From contig JAEINW010000005.1 in the NCBI GenBank assembly GCA_016342715.1, positions 1-60,497 on the forward strand: a stretch of 60,497 bases of DNA, in the 5' to 3' direction. The first letter of the stretch is position 1; each line of letters opens with the position of its first letter. A program made the translations under genes and the position numbers. The notes under the pieces were generated by a model. The model searched no databases. It saw only the letters and a list, made by a program, of their open reading frames with translations, and had not been told where the DNA came from. This document shows positions 17,801 to 27,481 of this stretch, piece by piece. The DNA is from Salinivirgaceae bacterium (lineage in GTDB: Bacteria > Bacteroidota > Bacteroidia > Bacteroidales > SZUA-534).

Positions 17801-20800
17801 ATATCAGTTCCTGAGCCAAATACAGAACTGGCAGTATAGCTACCCCCATCAGAAGGCACGTCTGTTATAGTAGATCCTAGTTTTCCAACAACTAAAATAT
17901 TATCCCCGTCACCCCTAGTCCAATGTACCGTATAAGAGTCTGTAGCATAATCATCAAAAAGAGTAATTGCTGCTTGAGATGTAGGTGGCCCTAAAATTGT
18001 TGTTGTTGTGTTTGGGTTGTTCCCAACGAAGCCGTCTATTTTATAATCTGAATCTACTCCTGAGTTTGAATATTCATATACTTTAAATGTGTATTGAGTA
18101 TCTTGGGTTAAACCAGTAACCGTTACCGTATTTGATGATCCATTATAAACCACATAATTGTCAGTTCCTATTTCAGTTTCGACTGTGCCAAAAGTTGCAT
18201 TTGCCGTATATGCTGTATTGTCAACCGGGTCAGCATCAACGCTTGCGCCTTGCTTGGCTAAAACAATTCTATTGCCAACCTGACCATTGGTCCAAGTTAA
18301 GGTTACCTGATTGCTTTGAAGGCTACTAAAAACAATGTTAGATGCTTGGGTTGATGGTTCACCAGAAAGCGTACTTTGATTATTTGGATTACCGGTAGCA
18401 GAAGCTGTCATGTAATTGATATCGGTTCCAGAATTATTGTATTCAAAAGTTCTAACATGATAATCAGTACCTGTAGTTAAAGCAGTAATATTTTCACTAG
18501 TACCTGAACCAATATATAAAACATAATTACCCGCACCAATTTGAGTTCCACCTTCAAAGACAGCATCTGCTGTATATGTTGTACCATCAACAGGAAAATC
18601 AGAAACTGCTGAACCCGATTTCGCTAAAACAATTATTCCATCACCATTACCTCTTGTCCAGCTTGTTGTAAAGGTTGTTGTAGCTAAGGAACTAAAAGCA
18701 ACATTTGTTGATTGAGTAGTTGGTTCCAGTTTTAATGTTGTTGAGTTTGCTGGATTTCCTAAACCTACACCGGTAAAATAGTTTTCAGATCCCAAGCTTC
18801 CATTAAATTCAAAAATTTCAACCCAATAAGTTGTATTTGCAGAAAGATTCGTTAGCGACACACTGCTTCCAGTACTATTATAAACCACATAGTAGCCAGA
18901 AGTTCCCAATTGATCTCCTTTTGTAGACCAATTATTGCTTGCCGTATAGGATGTTGCATCCACAGGATTCTCAATACTCCCTTGAGTTGATTGTCGAACA
19001 GCAACCAAACTATTAGTGCCATTGCCACCAGACCAGCTAATGGTCATTGAGGTAGTATTTACTGAAGTAAAAGCAATAGTATGGGCTTGTTCAGTTGGCT
19101 CTGTCATTAACGTAGTTTGACTTGTCGGGTTAGTACCTGCTCCAGAGGAGATAAGGTACTTAGTGTTTAAGCCAGAATTGTTATATGTGAAAGCTCTAAA
19201 AAAATATTCTGTATTATCTGAAAGTCCTAAAACTGTAACTGTTCCTGTGGCTCTAGCACCATCAAATACAATAAATTCTCCGGTTCCTAGAATATCTTGT
19301 CCATTATTAAAAGTGTTGTCATCATCATAGTCAGTGCCATCAGAAGGGACATCATTTATGGAACCACTTTCCTTTGCCACAATAATTACATTTTCTCCAT
19401 CTCCACCAGTCCAATTGACAACTATCGATGAGATTGTTGTTGTACCAAATGTAATGTCAGATACTTGAGTTGTTGGAGCAGTTGCAAGGGTTGTGGTACT
19501 TGCAGGGTTGCCAAAGCCATCTCCAGTAAAATAGTTTTGAGATCCTACGCTTCCATTAAATTCAAAAATTTCAACCCAATAAGTGGTGTTTACTGTAAGA
19601 TTGGTTAGAGAAACGCTGCTTCCAGTACTATTATAAACTACATAGTAGCCAGAAGTTCCCAATTGATCTCCTTTTGTAGACCAATTATTGCTTACAGTAT
19701 AGGAGGTGCCATCTGTTGGATCTTCTATTGTTCCCTGAGCCGCTTCTCGCACAGCAACTAAAGTGTTGCTTCCATTTCCACCAGACCAACCAATTGTCAT
19801 TGAAGTTGTATTTAAAGAAGAAAAAGCAATGGTGTGAGCTTGTTCTGTAGGCTCCGAGGCAAGGGTTGTAATGGAAGATGGGTTAACTGATGCAGTGACA
19901 TCGGAATATTTTGTATTTGATCCTGTATTGTTATATTCCACAACCTTAAAGTAGTATAAGGTTCCTGCATTTAATCCAGAAGTAGTAAAACCCGTTAATC
20001 CATCATCGGTACCATCATAAACTATTTTCACCCCACTATTAGTTGGCGCCAGTGTGTAGTCATTGTCAAAAGATGCTGAGTAATCATTTCCATCAAGGTC
20101 AATTGCTGCCGGAAAAGATGGCGATGTAGATGCCATACATATTCTTCTTGTACCATTACCGACCATCCATTTTACTAAAACGGAAGAACTTTGAACATTA
20201 TCGCTCAGATTTAAAGTATGAGCCTGTGTTGTTGGAGCAGCTGCTAGGGTAGTAGTACTTGCAGGGTTGCCAGAGCCACCACTACCTGTAAAATAGTTTT
20301 CGGTTCCTGAACTACCATTGAAATCAAATATTTCAACCCAATACGTTGTGTTTACACTAAGGTTTGAAAGTTCTACAGCACCGGTACTATTTGGTCCATT
20401 ATAAACGACATAATACTCTGAGATTCCAAGTTGGGATCCTTTAGAAGTCCAATTAGAGCTAGCTGTATAGGAAGATCCATCTATTGGATCTGTAATTGAC
20501 CCCTGTGTAGATTCTCGAACTGTCACCAGAGTGTTAGTGCCATTGCCCCCAGACCAATTAATGGTCATTGTTGTTGTGGCAATAGGGTCGAATGTAATTG
20601 TAGTGGTTTGAGTGGTTGGTTCCGAGGCAAGTGTTGTAACGGAAGATGGGTTAACTGATGCTATGGCATCGGAATATTTTGTATTCGATCCTGTGTTATT
20701 ATATTCCACAACCTTAAAGTAGTATAAGGTTCCAGGACTTAAGTTAGTGGTGGTAAATCCGGTTGTGCCATCATCAGTTCCATCATAAACAATTTTCACC

Positions 20801-22110
20801 CCATTATTTGCAGGCGCAAGGGCAAAGTTATTGTCAAAATCTGCTGAGTAATCATTTCCGTCAAGTAAAGATGCTGCCGGAAAAGATGGTGAAGTAGATG
20901 CCATACATATTCTTCTCGTACCATTACCGACCGTCCATTTTACTAAAACGGAAGAACTTTGAACATTATCGCTCAGATTTAAAGTATGAGCCTGTGTTGT
21001 TGGAGCAGCTGCTAGGGTAGCAATACTTGCAGGGTTGCCAGAGCCATCACCTGTAAAATAGTTTTGAGATCCTGCGCTCCCATTAAATTCAAAAATTTCT
21101 ACCCAATAAGTGGTATTTACTGTAAGATTGGTAAGAGAAACGCTGCTTCCAGTACCGTTGTAGATTAAGTAATAACCGGATTCGCCTAATGCATCTTCTT
21201 TGGCTGACCAATCGTTGTTTACAGTATAGGAAGTGCCATCTGTTGGATCTTCAATTGTTCCTTGAGCCGTTTCTCTAACTGCAACTAAAGTGTTGCTTCC
21301 ATTTCCTCCAGACCAACCAATAGTCATTGAGGTTGTATTTAAAGAAGAAAAAGCAATCGTGTGAGCTTGTTCTGTTGGTTCTGTACTAAGCATTATTGTG
21401 TCATTTATACTTTCTGTTGTCAGATAATCAACATTTGATACAGAGTTGTTATACTCAAATACTCTAAAATGGTAGGTGTTTCCTGCAAGTAAGTTGTCCA
21501 CATCAACTGATGTTGATGTACCATCGTAGAGTACAAAATTTCCAGTTCCAATTTGGCTGCCGCTTCCAAATGTGGGATTTGCTGTGTACGTGGTTCCATC
21601 CACAGGAAATGACGATACCGCAGCACCTTTTTTTGCTACTACTAAAATACTATCACCATTGCCACGAGTCCAGTTAGCTGTTAGTGTGGTTGTGGCAACC
21701 GAAGAAAAGTCATTAATAGTTGCCTGGCCGTCTGGTTCACCTTTTAAAGTTGTGAATGAACCACTTATTGATTCTTTTACGGGATTCGTTCCGCCGTTAA
21801 AAAACGTAGCTTTAAATTTGTAATAATACATTACCCCTGAACTTAAGCCAGTAGCTAAATAGTCAATTGTAAAATCATCACCAGTTGCGCTAACCCAATT
21901 GTATAATGGACTTGAAAAGTCTGAATCATCGTCAATGATTACTTTATGTTGATACACTAAGGCATATGAACTATTATCAACATCACCATGCAGTATTGCT
22001 GAACTAGCAGTAACTGTATTAAATGATAAATTTCCAATACTATCGGTTATTTGAGAAAAACTTATTATTGAGATTAATAATAATGATACAACGAATGCAA
22101 ACCTCTTCAT
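14830..22110 (-). CDS. Giant surface protein with 14 tandem FN3-like modules and T9SS type A C-terminal domain
   Basis: Signal peptide; 14 ~125-aa repeats starting (E/A/P)P..QA-like with W..GNG and Y.F.V.EYN; GWNLVGNPYP; CTD FDISGRVV...GTYILKI...TQKVVVR. Confidence 0.88.
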   Translation of the reverse strand: MKRFAFVVSLLLISIISFSQITDSIGNLSFNTVTASSAILHGDVDNSSYALVYQHKVIIDDDSDFSSPLYNWVSATGDDFTIDYLATGLSSGVMYYYKFKATFFNGGTNPVKESISGSFTTLKGEPDGQATINDFSSVATTTLTANWTRGNGDSILVVAKKGAAVSSFPVDGTTYTANPTFGSGSQIGTGNFVLYDGTSTSVDVDNLLAGNTYHFRVFEYNNSVSNVDYLTTESINDTIMLSTEPTEQAHTIAFSSLNTTSMTIGWSGGNGSNTLVAVRETAQGTIEDPTDGTSYTVNNDWSAKEDALGESGYYLIYNGTGSSVSLTNLTVNTTYWVEIFEFNGSAGSQNYFTGDGSGNPASIATLAAAPTTQAHTLNLSDNVQSSSVLVKWTVGNGTRRICMASTSPSFPAASLLDGNDYSADFDNNFALAPANNGVKIVYDGTDDGTTGFTTTNLSPGTLYYFKVVEYNNTGSNTKYSDAIASVNPSSVTTLASEPTTQTTTITFDPIATTTMTINWSGGNGTNTLVTVRESTQGSITDPIDGSSYTASSNWTSKGSQLGISEYYVVYNGPNSTGAVELSNLSVNTTYWVEIFDFNGSSGTENYFTGSGGSGNPASTTTLAAAPTTQAHTLNLSDNVQSSSVLVKWMVGNGTRRICMASTSPSFPAAIDLDGNDYSASFDNDYTLAPTNSGVKIVYDGTDDGLTGFTTSGLNAGTLYYFKVVEYNNTGSNTKYSDVTASVNPSSITTLASEPTEQAHTIAFSSLNTTSMTIGWSGGNGSNTLVAVREAAQGTIEDPTDGTSYTVSNNWSTKGDQLGTSGYYVVYNSTGSSVSLTNLTVNTTYWVEIFEFNGSVGSQNYFTGDGFGNPASTTTLATAPTTQVSDITFGTTTISSIVVNWTGGDGENVIIVAKESGSINDVPSDGTDYDDDNTFNNGQDILGTGEFIVFDGARATGTVTVLGLSDNTEYFFRAFTYNNSGLNTKYLISSGAGTNPTSQTTLMTEPTEQAHTIAFTSVNTTSMTISWSGGNGTNSLVAVRQSTQGSIENPVDATSYTASNNWSTKGDQLGTSGYYVVYNSTGSSVSLTNLSANTTYWVEIFEFNGSLGSENYFTGVGLGNPANSTTLKLEPTTQSTNVAFSSLATTTFTTSWTRGNGDGIIVLAKSGSAVSDFPVDGTTYTADAVFEGGTQIGAGNYVLYIGSGTSENITALTTGTDYHVRTFEYNNSGTDINYMTASATGNPNNQSTLSGEPSTQASNIVFSSLQSNQVTLTWTNGQVGNRIVLAKQGASVDADPVDNTAYTANATFGTVETEIGTDNYVVYNGSSNTVTVTGLTQDTQYTFKVYEYSNSGVDSDYKIDGFVGNNPNTTTTILGPPTSQAAITLFDDYATDSYTVHWTRGDGDNILVVGKLGSTITDVPSDGGSYTASSVFGSGTDIGSGSRVVYDGPATSVDVTNLGTGSEYFFRVFEYNNTGDYTKFLTTSSIANDTTLAAEPTTAASSFSSTDVGSASINLLWTNGNGNNRIVVAREDGPISSEPVDAETYAASSIFGSGDLVGSNNYVVYNGTSNSVSVTGLKGSTTYYFKVYEYNSGKNNYLLTGAPSINRTTAAQDAPTTQASSINFTNIGTTTFTINWTNGNGARRIVALKAGSGTISNPEDNETYDASTVFGSGDQLIPGDLSGYYIVYNGSGTSVNVTGLSENIEYYAQVFEYNNADGNEAYYTATATDNPNSSFTLKPAPTGQAHTISFSNKKTNSMQVSWINGNGENRIVLVKQGAAVDANPQDNNAYTANSVYVLGDQIGTGNYVVYNGSGTSVTVTGLTQLTAYHFRVYEYNNTGSNTKYYTATASSNPNSTSTIGPATWIGGYSGFETDWGTGANWSIAQVPTGDYSVSIPDVTNDPIITGTETVDFLTIADGANVTISSGSLIVNNDLTIQSGAGTAYIDINSGTLTVSNDAVLQAGTYINIADGNSLSVSNDLTLGASADASPSGMIVIPGTGTLSVSGTSTLNRYINYNATHPQHLISFPTSPTSLTTFSGLVGDEWDETTPAWAPITGSTTISAMEGTSIWFTANKTLSFSGTFNTGSQSIGVTNTSAGDAYGWNLVGNPYPCTIDWEASGWTLTNVDATAYYYNSSSGGYTTWNRTTSTGDGSKYIAACQGFFVHASANGTIGTTNAVRASNSQDFRKSIDSEKQMVRLQAKKEGTTTNAFIVFYDGATDYFDSEFDAYKKFTNNENTAQIFSMPDENTALAIDTYNPDKLTYLSENDFSVNMGVRVLQDGEIIFSASEILNIPDNIYIYLFDNVTNTYTNLKSKSYYVYLNAGDYAFGYCLDRFSMIFTSNALSLDEDKNINDLLIYTYGKTIFIKTNEFNRTNSYIQTFDISGRVVDAKNTNNSALQKVYVSQPGTYILKIIFKDFTVTQKVVVR

Positions 22111-22317
22111 ATGTTAATGTGTTAATTATTTCATTATAACAAATAACTTCAAAAATAGTTGAAATCTCCTTAATATTTAGGACTTTTGCGATTTAATTTG
22201 ATTAAGAGCCAATGAAAATTGATTAAAATTTAAATGATGTGATAAATCTTTATTATGTTAGCCAATTGAATGAAAGAATAATTAATCTTTTTAAGTTTGT
22301 ATCATAAAAACTAAATA

Positions 22318-23091
22318 ATGCGAATAAAAACCTTTCAAATAATAGTTGTCATATTAATTTCACTTTCTTTTTCAAATTGTGCGCGATATAAGAAGATTGT
22401 TTTATTAAATGATGTGTACAAATCGATAGATTCAACCTCGGTAAATCACATGAATGCAAAATTTAGTGAAACAATACTTAAAACAAATGATAAAGTATTC
22501 TTGAGTTTGCATGGCTTAGATTATGAACAAACAGAATCATTTAATAAGCAAAGTAGAACTACAAGTTATAACGATATTTCTGTTTTTTTACAAAGTTATA
22601 TTATTGATTCTGAAGGTTTAATTAATATTCCAATATTGGGTAAGGTACTAATTGTTGGTTTAACTGTAAATGGGGCTGAAAAGTTAATTCAAGATAAAGT
22701 AGATGAATATTTAATTGGGGTTACCGTAGAATTGCGATTGATGAGTTTTGAAGTCTCTATTATGGGAGATGTAAAGCAGCCAAATAAATATTTGGTGTTG
22801 AAACAAAAAATAAATGTATTTGAAGCGATTTCTTTATCTGGCGGTTTTACGGCGCATGCTGATTTATCTAAAGTAATGGTTATTAGAGATGTTGGGGATT
22901 ATTCTGAAACTGCAGTTCTAGATTTAACAAATTCCGAAATTTTCGATAATGCGTATTATTGGTTGCGCCCAAACGATATTGTTTATGTAAAACCCATGAG
23001 ATCAAAAGCCTTAAGTATTAATTCTCAAACAATATCGATTACACTTTCTGGTTTAACCACATTGTTATTATTTTTAACATATTTCCAATAA
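22318..23091 (+). CDS. wza: Polysaccharide export lipoprotein (Wza/OPX family)
   Basis: Lipobox FSNC; YIIDSEGLINIPILG, VSIMGDVKQP, EAISLSGG, LRPNDIVYVKP. Confidence 0.88.
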   Translation: MRIKTFQIIVVILISLSFSNCARYKKIVLLNDVYKSIDSTSVNHMNAKFSETILKTNDKVFLSLHGLDYEQTESFNKQSRTTSYNDISVFLQSYIIDSEGLINIPILGKVLIVGLTVNGAEKLIQDKVDEYLIGVTVELRLMSFEVSIMGDVKQPNKYLVLKQKINVFEAISLSGGFTAHADLSKVMVIRDVGDYSETAVLDLTNSEIFDNAYYWLRPNDIVYVKPMRSKALSINSQTISITLSGLTTLLLFLTYFQ

Positions 23092-23092
23092 A

Positions 23093-25489
23093 ATGACTGA
23101 TTTAGATTCAATATATAAAGAGGAAACCATCGATATTAAAAAGTATATTTTTAAAATTATATCAAATTGGTATTGGTTTGCAATCACTGTTTTTCTTGCT
23201 GTTTCGGTAGCATATTTTGTTAACCGCTATAGTGAAAGGGTTTACCAGGTTTCATCATCGATTTTAATCAGGGAATCTAACGATCAATCGTTTTATAACG
23301 ACGAAATGATTCAAGGATTGGATTTATTTAACCAAAATTTTAATATTCAGAATCAGATGGCGATACTTCGTTCATTTGATTTAAATCACAGAGTGATAAA
23401 TGAATTGGATTTTGGAATTTCGTATTTTGGCATAGGAAGAGTAAGAGAGCCTGAAATTTATCAGCCAGCATTTATTGTAAATGTTGACACCAGTCATCAC
23501 CAAATGTATTACTTGCCTGTTTATATTACATTTATAAATCCGAATGAATATATATTGGAAATAGAAGATATTGAAGTTAATAGGACATTGAATCTTGGAG
23601 AGACATTTGAAAATGACTATTTCAGTTTTAATATTACCATTCGTGATATTGAAAATTTTGATTTTGAAACAAATAATAGATTTTACTTTTATATTAATAA
23701 TCCTTTGCAATTAACTAATTATTACCGTAATAAGTTAGGTATAGGTTTGTTGGACGAAGAGGGCTCTGTGTTGTCAATTAGTACGCAAGGATATGTGGCT
23801 AAAAAGGAGGCGGTTTATTTAAACAAATTGGCTGAAGTTTTTATCAAAATTGAAATTGAAGATAAAAATCAAATAGCCATTAATACCATTAAATTTATTG
23901 ATGATCAAATTACTGCAATTGTTGATTCCTTAGCGGTAGCAGAAGGCAATCTTCAGGATTTTAGGACTGAAAATAAAATAATTGACCTAACGCAAGAAGG
24001 CAGAAGTTTGTATATGCAATATGAAAGTTTGGAAAACGAAAAAGCAATACTTTCTGTACAAGATAAATACTATCAGTATCTAAAAAAATACTTATATGAA
24101 AAAGGAAAAGATCAGGATATAATTATTCCAACATCAGTTGGAGTAAAAGATCAATTGCTTGTTAATTTGATTATGCAGATAAATGTATTAAATAGTGAAA
24201 AGGTAAGCCTAAAATTGCAATCGATTAAAACAAATCCGAAACTAAACTCAATTGAGTCAAAAATTGATGAGTTGAAGAAGATGCTGAAAGAAAACGTAAT
24301 GAATTTAATTGCTACAAATCAAATTGCAATTGATGATATTGCTTCTCGAATTAGCAAGCTAAACATTAGTATAGAAAAACTGCCATATAACGAAAGACGC
24401 TTAATAAATATTCAAAGGAAATTTGATCTGAATGATCAAATATATACTTACCTACTTGAAAAAAGGGCTGAAACTGGCATTAGCATGGCTTCGAATTTGC
24501 CAAATGCTAAAGTTTTAGATAAAGCAAGAGTTGAGCAGTCTGTAATAATTTCTCCAAAAAACAAGTTAAACTATTTAATTTCTTTAGTTATTGGAGGCTT
24601 AATTCCTTTTTTAATAATTGTTCTTAAAGATTATTTTAATGATAAAATTTTATCGAAGAAGGATATTGAAGAAAAAACAAAAGCTCCAATTGTTGGTCTT
24701 GTAGGGCATAATACAAAAGATACTGAACTTGTAGTTTTTGACAATCCAAAATCGGCCATTTCGGAATCTTTTAGAACCATTAAAACGAATTTGCAATATT
24801 TGCTATTAAGCAAACATGCTAAAGTAATTACCATTACATCAACAATGAGTGGCGAAGGCAAAACATTTTGTTCTTTAAACCTTGCCTCAATCATAGCAAT
24901 GACTGATAAAAAGACGCTCCTAATTGGAATGGATTTACGAAAACCCAAAATACACCGTCATTTTGATATTGACAATTCGATTGGATTAAGTACCTATTTG
25001 ATAGGTAAAGAAAGTATTGAGAATATTATCTTTCCATCAGAAATTGACGGGTTATTTATACTTCCTTCTGGACCGATTCCCCCAAATCCTGCAAAATTAT
25101 TAGAAACTCAAGCATTGGATGATTTAATGAAATTTGTTCGAGAAAAGTATGATTATATTGTAGTTGATACTCCGCCAATTGCTTTAGTTTCAGATGCATT
25201 ATTATTTTCAAAATATTCAGACATAAACTTATTTGTAATTAGACAAAACTATTCTCATAAAGATGTTTTGGATTTAGTGAATGACCTGAACAAAAAACCA
25301 AATATACCAGAATTTAATATTTTAATAAACGATGTTAAAGTGCCTGGGTATTATGGTAAGAGATATGGATACGGCCATGGGTATGGATACGGTTATGGAT
25401 ACGGTTATGGTTATGGAGCTGGATATTACGAAGACGATGATGAACCAAAAACAATGTTTGAAAGAATTCAAAAAAAGTTTAAGAATTAA
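23093..25489 (+). CDS. wzc: Polysaccharide co-polymerase / BY tyrosine autokinase (Wzc)
   Basis: Two TM helices, SESFRTIKTNL, Walker A GEGKT, DLRKP, VDTPP, C-terminal YG cluster. Confidence 0.92.
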   Translation: MTDLDSIYKEETIDIKKYIFKIISNWYWFAITVFLAVSVAYFVNRYSERVYQVSSSILIRESNDQSFYNDEMIQGLDLFNQNFNIQNQMAILRSFDLNHRVINELDFGISYFGIGRVREPEIYQPAFIVNVDTSHHQMYYLPVYITFINPNEYILEIEDIEVNRTLNLGETFENDYFSFNITIRDIENFDFETNNRFYFYINNPLQLTNYYRNKLGIGLLDEEGSVLSISTQGYVAKKEAVYLNKLAEVFIKIEIEDKNQIAINTIKFIDDQITAIVDSLAVAEGNLQDFRTENKIIDLTQEGRSLYMQYESLENEKAILSVQDKYYQYLKKYLYEKGKDQDIIIPTSVGVKDQLLVNLIMQINVLNSEKVSLKLQSIKTNPKLNSIESKIDELKKMLKENVMNLIATNQIAIDDIASRISKLNISIEKLPYNERRLINIQRKFDLNDQIYTYLLEKRAETGISMASNLPNAKVLDKARVEQSVIISPKNKLNYLISLVIGGLIPFLIIVLKDYFNDKILSKKDIEEKTKAPIVGLVGHNTKDTELVVFDNPKSAISESFRTIKTNLQYLLLSKHAKVITITSTMSGEGKTFCSLNLASIIAMTDKKTLLIGMDLRKPKIHRHFDIDNSIGLSTYLIGKESIENIIFPSEIDGLFILPSGPIPPNPAKLLETQALDDLMKFVREKYDYIVVDTPPIALVSDALLFSKYSDINLFVIRQNYSHKDVLDLVNDLNKKPNIPEFNILINDVKVPGYYGKRYGYGHGYGYGYGYGYGYGAGYYEDDDEPKTMFERIQKKFKN

Positions 25490-25500
25490 AAAATATTTTG

Positions 25501-27399
25501 ATGCGTTTTTTTACCAGATTTTGTATTCTTATTTTGTTTCAAATTAGTTCTTGTTATTTATTTGCAAACGATTCAGCTAAGATTTCAGTCAACCTTCCAC
25601 CAATTATTTTAAAAGGTATCCCGGCAGAAATAGAAATTACCGCTGATAGAAACGACACCTCATATTTAATTCCATTAAAAATTGGAGTAGAAAACCATCT
25701 GGTTTCTGTTGATTTTGGCAAAGGGTATTTTAAATATACTTTTCAAGAAAAACAAGAAATTGTATCGGAATACATGGAGCAAGATGTTCCGGTAAATCCT
25801 ATTCCCTTATGGTTATCTATTTTCCCACCTATGATAGCTATTTTAATGGCTCTGTTTTTTAAGGAGGTTATAACTTCACTCTTTACTGGCTTAGCTGTAG
25901 GAACTTCAATAATTTATATTTATTCTACAGGTTCCATAATTGGAATTTTTAACGGTTTATTTGCTATTGTTGATACCTATGTGTTGGAATCGTTAACAGA
26001 CAGTGGTCATGTGTCAATTATTGTATTTTCGATGATGATAGGTGCTATGGTAAATATAATTACCAAAAATGGAGGAATGAAGGGTGTGGTTAATAAATTA
26101 ACTAAGTATGCAAAAACACCACGTTCAGCTCAATTTATTACTTGGCTTTTAGGACTTGCCATTTTTTTCGACGATTATGCAAATACATTGGTTGTGGGAA
26201 ATACCATGCGCCCTGTAACTGATAAATTAAACGTTTCTCGACAAAAACTAGCATACATTGTTGATAGTACAGCAGCTCCAGTTGCTGCAATAGCATTTGT
26301 AACTACTTGGATAGGGGCCGAATTGAGTTATATTCAATCGGGAATATCTACCTTAGGAATTTCCATTTCTCCATATACCGTATTTTTAAATTCATTGGCA
26401 TATTCATTTTACCCAATTTTCACGCTGATATTCATATTTATGCTAATATATAGGAATGCAGATTTTGGTCCTATGTATAAAATTGAAAAGCAAACTAGGA
26501 AAGAAGGGGTAAAGGTTGATGAATCAAAAGTAGGTTTTTCAAATCAGTTAAATGAGCTGGAGGTTCGCGAAGATATTAAAGCTCGATGGTATAATGCAGC
26601 GATCCCCGTTTTTATTGTAATATTTGGAACCTTTGCCGGCTTATTATATACAGGTTGGGATGTGAATGTTAAAAATGATATTACACTAACTTTTGGACAA
26701 AAGCTTTCTACTATAATTGGAAACTCTGATTCATATAAAGCCTTATTATGGTCATCATTAATTGCCACTATTGTTGCTGTTTTAATATCCTTAGTCCAAA
26801 AACTCTTAACTCTACAAGAATCAATTGATAGTATAATTAATGGTTTTAGAACCATGTTAACAGCAGTTGTAATTTTAATTTTGGCTTGGGCAATTGCGCT
26901 GGTAACAGAACATTTGCATACTGCTGATTTTATTGCACAAGTAATTGTTGAGTCTAGTTTGTCCCCAATATTTGTGCCGCTAATAACATTTATTTTAGCT
27001 GCTTTGGTTGCCTTTAGTACTGGATCATCGTGGGGAACAATGGCCATTCTTTATCCTTTAGTTTTACCAGCTTCATGGTTAATAACCAAAGAATATAATT
27101 ATGAATATGCCCACTCCTTAAATATTTTTTATAATGTGGTTGCAAGTGTTTTAGCAGGTTCTGTTCTTGGCGATCACTGTTCTCCAATTTCTGATACAAC
27201 TATATTGAGTTCATTGGCTAGTTCTTGTCCACATATTGAACATGTTCGAACTCAAATGCCATACGCCTTAACTGTAGGTGGAGTTGCTGCGTTTGTGGGT
27301 GTTTTGCCAGCAGCAATAGGAGTCCCATGGTGGATAACTTTTCCGGCTGGAATAGGTGTAATGTTTTTGATAATAAAATATATTGGTAAAAAGCATTAA
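25501..27399 (+). CDS. Na+/H+ antiporter NhaC family protein
   Basis: FFDDYAN, LAYIVDSTAAP, FSTGSSWGTM, GDHCSPISDTTILSS, HVRTQMPYA. Confidence 0.9.
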   Translation: MRFFTRFCILILFQISSCYLFANDSAKISVNLPPIILKGIPAEIEITADRNDTSYLIPLKIGVENHLVSVDFGKGYFKYTFQEKQEIVSEYMEQDVPVNPIPLWLSIFPPMIAILMALFFKEVITSLFTGLAVGTSIIYIYSTGSIIGIFNGLFAIVDTYVLESLTDSGHVSIIVFSMMIGAMVNIITKNGGMKGVVNKLTKYAKTPRSAQFITWLLGLAIFFDDYANTLVVGNTMRPVTDKLNVSRQKLAYIVDSTAAPVAAIAFVTTWIGAELSYIQSGISTLGISISPYTVFLNSLAYSFYPIFTLIFIFMLIYRNADFGPMYKIEKQTRKEGVKVDESKVGFSNQLNELEVREDIKARWYNAAIPVFIVIFGTFAGLLYTGWDVNVKNDITLTFGQKLSTIIGNSDSYKALLWSSLIATIVAVLISLVQKLLTLQESIDSIINGFRTMLTAVVILILAWAIALVTEHLHTADFIAQVIVESSLSPIFVPLITFILAALVAFSTGSSWGTMAILYPLVLPASWLITKEYNYEYAHSLNIFYNVVASVLAGSVLGDHCSPISDTTILSSLASSCPHIEHVRTQMPYALTVGGVAAFVGVLPAAIGVPWWITFPAGIGVMFLIIKYIGKKH

Positions 27400-27411
27400 A
27401 AAAAGTAGGCA

Positions 27412-27447
27412 GTTCTCAGTACTCATTATTGATTGAGGACTGAGAAC
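27412..27447. terminator. Hairpin between convergent nhaC and E1 genes
   Basis: GTTCTCAGT(A)CTCA...TGAG(G)ACTGAGAAC inverted repeat. Confidence 0.55.
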
Positions 27448-27481
27448 CTAAGACTGCTTTTAATAATAAGCTTCAGTTAGT

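Noticed and set aside
14830-22110. DGR-like template/variable repeat pair within the giant gene
   Set aside because: Repeats are in-frame domain duplications, differences are not adenine-specific, and there is no reverse transcriptase in the window
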